A stretch of 64,000 nucleotides of DNA from positions 11,596-75,595 of the forward strand of contig JAFSKF010000037.1 in assembly GCA_017449065.1 (NCBI GenBank). The letters are read 5' to 3'. The DNA is from Bacteroidales bacterium. Lineage in GTDB: Bacteria > Bacteroidota > Bacteroidia > Bacteroidales > UBA3663. Below are positions 57,725 through 64,000 of this stretch, piece by piece. The translations under genes and the position numbers were made by a program. Position 1 is the first letter of the stretch. The number at the start of each line of letters is the position of its first letter. A model generated the notes under the pieces. That model was not told the origin of the DNA, searched no databases, and worked only from the letters and a program-made list of their open reading frames with translations.

Positions 57725-58720
57725 ATGCTACGTAAATTCTTTTCTTTATGGGCTTGCATGGCTGTCTCTCTGACAGCAATGGCGCAGAATCCGATCTTAC
57801 CCGATTTCCATGCCGATCCCGAAGTTTTATACAGCCAGCAGACTAAGAAATACTATATCTATTCCACCACCGACGGAACACCGGGTTGGGGAGGACACGA
57901 TTTTTCGGTTTTCTCTTCCACCAATCTGAAGCAGTGGAAGGATGAAGGCAAAATGCTCGATGTGGCGACCGATCAGGTATCGTGGGCGGTGGGCAATGCC
58001 TGGGCTCCGTGCATCATCGAAAAGAAAGTGGGCAAGAGTTACAAGTATTACTTCTATTTCTCTGCCCACGATCCGAAGCTGAACCGCAAAGCTATCGGAT
58101 GTGCCGTTTCCGATTCCCCTACAGGTCCGTTTGTCGATAGCGGGCATCCCATCATCACCGATGCAGACCGTCCTGCTGATTGTCGTGGCGGACAAGCCAT
58201 CGATGTGGATGTATTTCAGGATCCGAAATCCGGCAAGTATTATCTGTATTGGGGCAACGGCTTTATGGCAGGTGCTGAGTTGAACGACGATATGATTTCC
58301 ATCAAGCAGGAAACCAAAGTGAACCTCACTCCGAAAGGCGGCACCTTAAAGGATTATGCTTATCGCGAGGGAGCCTATGTTTTCTATCGTAAGGGCATCT
58401 ACTATTTCCTGTGGTCGGTCGATGATACCGGTGCCGACAACTATCACGTGGCATACGGCACCTCCGACAATCCGTTAGGTCCTATTCAGGTGGCAGAGCA
58501 GCCCGTCATCTTGCAGCAGGATCCGTCTAAACAGATTTACGGTACGGCGCACAATTCTGTGCTCAAACTGCCCAAGAAGGACAAATGGTATATTGTCTAT
58601 CATCGCATCAATCCTGAGTATCGCGGACAAGGCAAAGGTCCGGGCATTCATCGTCAGGTCTGCATCGATCGCATGACTTTCGACAAGCAAGGACGGATTC
58701 AAGTGGTACATCCGAATTAA
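57725..58720 (+). CDS. GH43 glycoside hydrolase (single domain, signal peptide, no CTD, likely periplasmic)
   Basis: NPILPDFHADP, AWAP, AIDVDVF, YREG, HNS. Confidence 0.9.
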   Translation: MLRKFFSLWACMAVSLTAMAQNPILPDFHADPEVLYSQQTKKYYIYSTTDGTPGWGGHDFSVFSSTNLKQWKDEGKMLDVATDQVSWAVGNAWAPCIIEKKVGKSYKYYFYFSAHDPKLNRKAIGCAVSDSPTGPFVDSGHPIITDADRPADCRGGQAIDVDVFQDPKSGKYYLYWGNGFMAGAELNDDMISIKQETKVNLTPKGGTLKDYAYREGAYVFYRKGIYYFLWSVDDTGADNYHVAYGTSDNPLGPIQVAEQPVILQQDPSKQIYGTAHNSVLKLPKKDKWYIVYHRINPEYRGQGKGPGIHRQVCIDRMTFDKQGRIQVVHPN

Positions 58721-58728
58721 AATGAGTT

Positions 58729-58757
58729 AGCCAGCCGTGCAAGCGGCTGGCTTTTTT
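58729..58757 (+). terminator. Terminator after the PUL's last GH43
   Basis: agccagccg-tgcaag-cggctggct followed by Ts. Confidence 0.75.
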
Positions 58758-58760
58758 GAA

Positions 58761-59798
58761 ATGAAGATAGTTGTTGCAATCGATTCGTTCAAGGGCTGCC
58801 TGTCGTCGGTAGAGGCGAATCAGGCAGCGGCTGACGGACTCAGGAGAACGTTCCCTGATGCCGAGATTGTGCAGGTGCCTGTCAGCGATGGGGGAGAAGG
58901 TTTTCTGGAGGCTTTCCAAACAGCCATTGGCGGTGAGGTGCAGGAAATCACAGTCAACGATCCGCTGATGCGTCCCGTTGCTGCCCGCTATCTGCTCCGA
59001 GGAAAAGAGGCGGTGATTGAGATTGCCCAAGCCGGCGGTCTCACTTTGCTGAGCCCCGAGGAGCGGAATCCAATGGTGGCGACCAGCTACGGTACGGGAC
59101 AACTGGTGGCGGATGCTGTCAGCAAAGGGGCTGAACATATCTTGGTCGGATTGGGAGGAAGTGCAACCAGCGATGCGGGAATCGGAATGCTTCGTGCACT
59201 TATTGATGTTTTTGCTCCCGGTGGGACATGGGATGATATCATGGCATTGAAACAGGTTCGTTTCACGATAGCCTCCGATGTCAGGAATCCGCTTTGTGGC
59301 GCGAACGGAGCCGCTTATGTGTTCGCTCCGCAAAAGGGTGCCACTCCCGAGATGCTGCCGCTGTTGGACGAACGGGCCAGACGGTTTGCTGAGGTTTCTG
59401 CCAAGCACTTTGGGTTCGACCGTTCAGAAATGGCAGGTGCGGGAGCCGCAGGGGGCTTAGGTTATGCCTTTCTGCAATATCTGAATGCTGAATGTAAACC
59501 GGGGATTCAGGTGTTGTTGGAAACTGTCGGTTTCCGGGACATTGTGAAGGATGCGGACCTTGTGATTACCGGCGAAGGTTCCGCTGATCGCCAAACGCTG
59601 ATGGGCAAACTTCCGATGGGAATCCTCCGGCAATCATCGCCCACACCGGTCTGCCTGATAGCCGGACGGGTTAGCGATCGGGAACAATTGCTGCAGGCCG
59701 GCTTCACTCGCGTGGAGTGCATCAATCCCCCCGATCTCCCTCTCGACATCGCCATGCGTAAGGATGTCGCTATGCAAAATATTATGAATGCCTTTTAA
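58761..59798 (+). CDS. glxK: Glycerate kinase (GlxK/GarK family)
   Basis: MKIVVAIDSFKGCL, VSDGGEG, GLGGSATSDAG, GAGAAGGLG, VITGEG..D.QT..GK. Confidence 0.92.
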   Translation: MKIVVAIDSFKGCLSSVEANQAAADGLRRTFPDAEIVQVPVSDGGEGFLEAFQTAIGGEVQEITVNDPLMRPVAARYLLRGKEAVIEIAQAGGLTLLSPEERNPMVATSYGTGQLVADAVSKGAEHILVGLGGSATSDAGIGMLRALIDVFAPGGTWDDIMALKQVRFTIASDVRNPLCGANGAAYVFAPQKGATPEMLPLLDERARRFAEVSAKHFGFDRSEMAGAGAAGGLGYAFLQYLNAECKPGIQVLLETVGFRDIVKDADLVITGEGSADRQTLMGKLPMGILRQSSPTPVCLIAGRVSDREQLLQAGFTRVECINPPDLPLDIAMRKDVAMQNIMNAF

Positions 59799-59842
59799 GT
59801 CTATGCCTGCTGTTACAGTCCTTCCTATCTAATTTCTGGCAT

Positions 59843-60070
59843 CCGGAATAGCCACTGACAAGACATTTTCCATTTCTCACGCTTCGGAGTTGCTGCTGAT
59901 TCCGCAGAAACGATTTCAAATCTTCCGGAGTTCGTGCCGATTCAGCGGATTTCATTTCTCGCAGTCCGGAGTTGCTGTCGACGTCGTCAGCGGGAACTCC
60001 TGACGATTTGAAACGCTTCCCCGAGTGTCGGCACGAACTCTGGAAGATTTGGAATGCTTCCCCGAGAGGT
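59843..60070. repeat. Degenerate 41-bp-period repeat array with internal inversion (long hairpin)
   Basis: cgga(g/a)t units at 59844/59885/59926/59967; inverted units at 59994/60035; 24-bp inverted repeat 59917-59940 vs 60028-60051 with one mismatch. Confidence 0.75.
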
Positions 60071-60103
60071 GTCCATGCTCCTGTCTGTTTGCTCGAAGAA
60101 AGT

Positions 60104-60135
60104 AAAAAAGGATGCGCCCTCAAACGGACGCATCC
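60104..60135 (-). terminator. Terminator of the fructan PUL transcript
   Basis: Minus strand ggatgcgtccgtttgagggcgcatcc followed by TTTTTT. Confidence 0.75.
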
Positions 60136-60167
60136 TCCTTCCATCTTACTTAAACTTATGAGAACAA

Positions 60168-61118
60168 CTACTTGATAATAGTCTTTTTTCCATTGATTAT
60201 GTAGAAGCCTTTTGCATCGGTCTTCGTGCATCGGATGCCCGACAGAGAATAGATGACCGCTTCCTGCGATGCTGTTTGGATGCTAATCGGTGCGATAGCA
60301 GTCAAGTCACCGTCATCCAACCGGATGGTCAGCACCGGACACTTTTCCAGAATCTGATCCCAGTAAGCATCCGTCAGCGTGACACCTCTGACATCCAGTT
60401 CGGTAGCTTCGGTGGACATCTTGTCTTTCAAGAGAGCAAAGTCATCATATTCTACGCGGAACCAATCGCCGTTAGCATTCTGGCAATCTCCACGCATCAG
60501 CGAACCGGTTACCTTAATGCTTCCAGTCAGAGAGTTGTCAGTTACATCCTTCAAGGCGGTTTCACCAACCATCGGCATAGCTTCGATAACTACATTGTCA
60601 ACGAAAACGTCCTGCGGTTCATCAACTGATGCCGTTTGTGCCTCGATAGCAAACACACCGGGGAAATCGTTCATGTTTGTGTTGGTCGAAAAGTCGAGAA
60701 CCACTTTCTGCCACTTGCCGTCACCGCCATACCAGGCTGCTGTCTTCTCCCAATAGTTGTCCACTCCATTGGTCGGATCGGAAACCTCTACCTTGACATT
60801 TTCGTTGACTGCCTTTTTAATCATAAACGAGAAGCGACGGTTGCCCTTCAAGTCAGGGGTTATCCAATCGCGGAAAGGCAGAGCCAGGTGTTTCTGGCCA
60901 AAGTCGTTGCCGGTCATCGTAAACTTCAGGCATTTGGAAGACGGATTAATGCCGTCTTTTTCCGGATTATCAACTACGCTGGGATTACCACGATCCCACC
61001 AGCCGCCGTTTGCATTGCGTGAAGTGATTGTTTCATCTTCGCCATTCCAAAGAACGACTTGAGCACTCATTGAGGCAGCTGCCATCAACATTACCGAGAA
61101 TAAAAAAACTTTTTTCAT
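60168..61118 (-). CDS. Secreted CBM-like protein with a T9SS-like tail
   Basis: Signal peptide; VVDNP.KDGINPS.KCLKF...W.KVVLDF...VFVDNV jelly-roll pattern; tail IYSLSG...KGFYIINGKKTIIK. Confidence 0.65.
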   Translation of the reverse strand: MKKVFLFSVMLMAAASMSAQVVLWNGEDETITSRNANGGWWDRGNPSVVDNPEKDGINPSSKCLKFTMTGNDFGQKHLALPFRDWITPDLKGNRRFSFMIKKAVNENVKVEVSDPTNGVDNYWEKTAAWYGGDGKWQKVVLDFSTNTNMNDFPGVFAIEAQTASVDEPQDVFVDNVVIEAMPMVGETALKDVTDNSLTGSIKVTGSLMRGDCQNANGDWFRVEYDDFALLKDKMSTEATELDVRGVTLTDAYWDQILEKCPVLTIRLDDGDLTAIAPISIQTASQEAVIYSLSGIRCTKTDAKGFYIINGKKTIIK

Positions 61119-61140
61119 ATGCTATTTTTGTTAATACTGA

Positions 61141-62727
61141 TCAATATTGGGAAACCTGAATATCGCTGACGGTGATTGAACCACCGTAGTTATTGATGCT
61201 CCAGCAGTTCTTCTGGATGCCATAAATACGGTTGGTGTAGGCACAAACATCGTTGATATACATCACCATGACCGAATTGTCGGTATAGATGTCGATGTTA
61301 TAGATGTTGTCCGACGGACGGGCGAAATTATAGCCGTCGATGCCTTCGATGAAGCCTTTGCCTTCTTCACCTTCCTGCTCGAAATTCACCTTGCGGATAC
61401 CTTCCGATTCGGGATTCACCACCATTGTGTAATACTTCTGTGAATCGGTGCCGCGAACCAGTGAGATGCCGAACTTGTCCCAGTTATTGCTGGTGCTGAC
61501 AGTGAACGAAATATGATTGTGGGTGCCCAGACGGTTGTAGAGCACAAAGGCATCATCGCCCGTAAGTGTTCCGTCGTTGTATCCGAACGAATCCATCACT
61601 TTCACATCCACTTTCTGATTGTATTTTCCTGCCATTGCCGGTACTTCGCCCAATGTAAGGGTGCCGTCGCTGTGCTGAATGATCTTATGGCAAACCAATG
61701 CACCCGACCAGTTCGGTTCGCCGCCTGCACCGACGTTGATGTTCTTATCGTGTATGGTGGCACCGGTACGGTAAGGACACCAGCCCCACATAAAGCGGTC
61801 GGTACCATTGGAAGCGGTTTTGCCCGCATAGAAAGCACGACTGTCGAGCACGCCCTCGTGTCCGTCGTTGGGCCAGTTGGCACCCGGATCGCTGAAGCAA
61901 GCCTTCAGTCCCTCCCAAGATGTAGCCATCATATATTTCACCTTGCGGCTCCACGAAGCACGATATCCTTCGCTGTAAACCAAATACCAGTAGTTGCCCA
62001 TCTGGAAGATGTCCGGACACTCCAGCATACGGTCCCAGATCATGTTGAACTGACCGACGTGCTCCCATGTCTTCAGGTCGGCCGACTTGAACTCGGCAAA
62101 CTTCAGATTCGAAGCAATTACCATGCGGTAGAGGCCGTCTTCAGCCAGGAAGATCTGCGGGTCGCGGAAATCGACAGGAGAATAACCGTAATCGTCGCCT
62201 TTCAGCATCCAGAAAACGTCTTTGGTCCAAGTCTTGAAGTCGGGAGATGTGGCCCGCATTACAGCCTCCACGTTCTTGCAGTTCGGGTTATGGCCTGTAT
62301 AATAGATATAGTACAGACCGTCCTGCTCGTTGTAGATTGCGCATCCGGTGCCTAAGGCAGCATCCTGTTCCAGGGTTGATTTGCCGGTTGGGAGCACTTC
62401 GCCCAACGATTTATAGCTGGCTCCGTCCTGAGTCGATACGCCCCAGATCGGATGATAGTTGTATGGGTTGTTCACCTCATACTCCTGCAGGTAAAGTACC
62501 TTAAAACTGCCTGCCTTCTGATCGTAGAAGGGCATAGGGTCGCCACAACGTCCGATGGCAGGGTTATAGTAGGTCTGGAAGCCCTGTTCGTCGTCCGATT
62601 CGAAAAAGGTAGTGGTTCCGGCCCAGTCCTTGGGTGCATCCGGACCGAAGTCCTCATCGCTGCATGCTGTCAGCGCGAAGGCTGACAACATGAGTGAGAA
62701 AGCGGAAAATATAATAGTCTTTTTCAT
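61141..62727 (-). CDS. GH32 fructan hydrolase lipoprotein (endo-levanase/DUF4975-like)
   Basis: Lipobox LTAC; GDPMPFYD nucleophile, LGTG, FRDP and ECPD motifs; C-terminal beta-sandwich. Confidence 0.88.
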   Translation of the reverse strand: MKKTIIFSAFSLMLSAFALTACSDEDFGPDAPKDWAGTTTFFESDDEQGFQTYYNPAIGRCGDPMPFYDQKAGSFKVLYLQEYEVNNPYNYHPIWGVSTQDGASYKSLGEVLPTGKSTLEQDAALGTGCAIYNEQDGLYYIYYTGHNPNCKNVEAVMRATSPDFKTWTKDVFWMLKGDDYGYSPVDFRDPQIFLAEDGLYRMVIASNLKFAEFKSADLKTWEHVGQFNMIWDRMLECPDIFQMGNYWYLVYSEGYRASWSRKVKYMMATSWEGLKACFSDPGANWPNDGHEGVLDSRAFYAGKTASNGTDRFMWGWCPYRTGATIHDKNINVGAGGEPNWSGALVCHKIIQHSDGTLTLGEVPAMAGKYNQKVDVKVMDSFGYNDGTLTGDDAFVLYNRLGTHNHISFTVSTSNNWDKFGISLVRGTDSQKYYTMVVNPESEGIRKVNFEQEGEEGKGFIEGIDGYNFARPSDNIYNIDIYTDNSVMVMYINDVCAYTNRIYGIQKNCWSINNYGGSITVSDIQVSQY

Positions 62728-62758
62728 ATCGTTCTTATTTTATCTGTTTCAACAATGA

Positions 62759-64000
62759 TTATTCACCCGTCAGGTGTTTCATAGCATTCTCGGTGATAAT
62801 AGCGATGTTCTGGTGGAAGTTCTCGGCATAGCCGGCTTCGTAGGTGTACGAGTACCAGTCGTAGCAGCCGGAACCGATGCAGATGATGCCGCCCTTGCCA
62901 TTATTGGCAGGATATTCCCAAGCCACTACAGCACCATCGCCGCCAACACCGAGAATCTTACCGCCTGTACGGGATTCCCAGGCTGCGTGATTATCGTAGC
63001 CGCCCCAATCGGTACCGATGTGGTATTGGGCCGTCGAGTTGGTGATGTGGTAGCCGGCATCCGTACAGTAAACTTCGTTCGGATTGTCGCCGGCAATCAG
63101 GTTCTGCCACAGCGGGTGTTCGCTCTGTCCGTCAAAGATGCGGAATGACCATGGACCGCCGCACAATTCGGCAGCATCCTCATTCTGACCCCAGCAGTTG
63201 TTTGGTGTCGTCCATTCGTCATCGCCCGTAACACCGATGAACGAAGGCAGGTTGGTAGCGTAGCGGGTCAGGAATAGCGAACCGCCGTTCTCGTAGAAGG
63301 AACGTAACTCGTTCTTTGCATCGAGCGCATACGGAGCCTTGGCCATGAAGACATCGTGACCGTCAACGCCGCCATCTACATGATAATGCCACCAGATCAC
63401 CTTACATTCAGAGAGGTCGATGGTTCCTGCACGCAGGTCGGCAAACGAAGCATAGAGAGAGTTAGCCACATTGCCCAGCATCCATTGGCAGGCAGTCTTG
63501 GCCTCCAGGTCGAGATCGTTCATTACCGAAGCCTCGCCAATGAAGAGCGCCTTAGGCTTCTCAATGGCAATCACGGTAACGGTGTAGGTGCTTTCAGCTG
63601 AGTTGTTGGTCACTTTATAGGTTACAGGCTGCGAGAAGTCCTGAGCCACACCGGTGGCGGGAGATACCGTAGCATTGACGCTATAGGTAATGGTCGGAAC
63701 CAGGCTGGTGATATCCACCGAACCGGGCACATAGACGGTAATCGTCTTGGCTGTCTGGTCGATGGTGCCCTGATAGATGTCGTTGATGACGAATTGCGTG
63801 ATGCGTGCCTCATCGTGCAGCACGCTGAGTGTCCAATCCAGATAGGCGTTGCCGTTCGTCACATGCAGCACCTTCGCAGCATCCATATTCAGCACGTCGC
63901 CCGGCTTGATGTTGCATTCGGCACCGGCAGAGATATTCAAAGCGGTTACCTGCATGGATGAGGTTGCGTAAACCTCAGGCAGACGGACTACGATGCTGCG
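62759..64000 (-). CDS. DUF4960-like surface glycan-binding protein of a fructan PUL (5'-partial)
   Basis: Ig-like module (ITVYVP...P.IT....ATVSP..G..QDFS.PVTYKV) then KVIWWH..GGSLFL..GGIICIGSGCYDW; frame stays open to the window end; adjacent to GH32. Confidence 0.7.
   Translation of the reverse strand, partial: RSIVVRLPEVYATSSMQVTALNISAGAECNIKPGDVLNMDAAKVLHVTNGNAYLDWTLSVLHDEARITQFVINDIYQGTIDQTAKTITVYVPGSVDITSLVPTITYSVNATVSPATGVAQDFSQPVTYKVTNNSAESTYTVTVIAIEKPKALFIGEASVMNDLDLEAKTACQWMLGNVANSLYASFADLRAGTIDLSECKVIWWHYHVDGGVDGHDVFMAKAPYALDAKNELRSFYENGGSLFLTRYATNLPSFIGVTGDDEWTTPNNCWGQNEDAAELCGGPWSFRIFDGQSEHPLWQNLIAGDNPNEVYCTDAGYHITNSTAQYHIGTDWGGYDNHAAWESRTGGKILGVGGDGAVVAWEYPANNGKGGIICIGSGCYDWYSYTYEAGYAENFHQNIAIITENAMKHLTGE

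Noticed and set aside
59843-60070. Possible CRISPR array
   Set aside because: Units are too degenerate, the period is too short, orientation inverts and no cas genes are present.
59782-60231. 149-aa minus-strand ORF across the repeat array
   Set aside because: Overlaps both neighbours and a terminator; it is a translation of the repeats.

Overview
Window from a Bacteroidales chromosome, probably a gut or rumen Prevotellaceae-like organism. This is inferred from TAnnTTTG promoters, SusC/SusD pairs and short T9SS-like C-terminal tails. There are four blocks. (1) 1-8.4 kb: the distal end of a surface-polysaccharide locus (NAD-dependent epimerase, WecA/MraY-like transferase, WbuC cupin) interleaved with defence/TA-type genes (FRG, RloA/RloB, Panacea antitoxin plus RelE/ParE-like toxin). 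The epimerase start occurs three times (stub, full, truncated). A small set of short repeat motifs sits at gene junctions and in-frame inside the epimerase. (2) 8.4-21.2 kb: housekeeping genes (yqaA-like, dusB, sdhCAB/frd, mdh, DUF1573, alaS, type III glnA). (3) 21.5-59.8 kb: a large polysaccharide utilization locus (PUL). It has a GH43, a 1194-aa non-catalytic secreted protein, three fasciclin lipoproteins, two SusC/SusD pairs, an unclassified clan-A-like hydrolase, a HExxH metalloprotein, a PL11 with autotransporter-like repeats, a crystallin-GH128, a second GH43 and a glycerate kinase. (4) 60.2-64 kb: the 3' part of a minus-strand fructan PUL (DUF4960-like protein, GH32, CBM-like protein), separated from block 3 by a 41-bp-period inverted repeat array. 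I saw no rRNA, tRNA, CRISPR array, transposase, integrase or reverse transcriptase. All family calls come from motif recognition by eye, not database searches.
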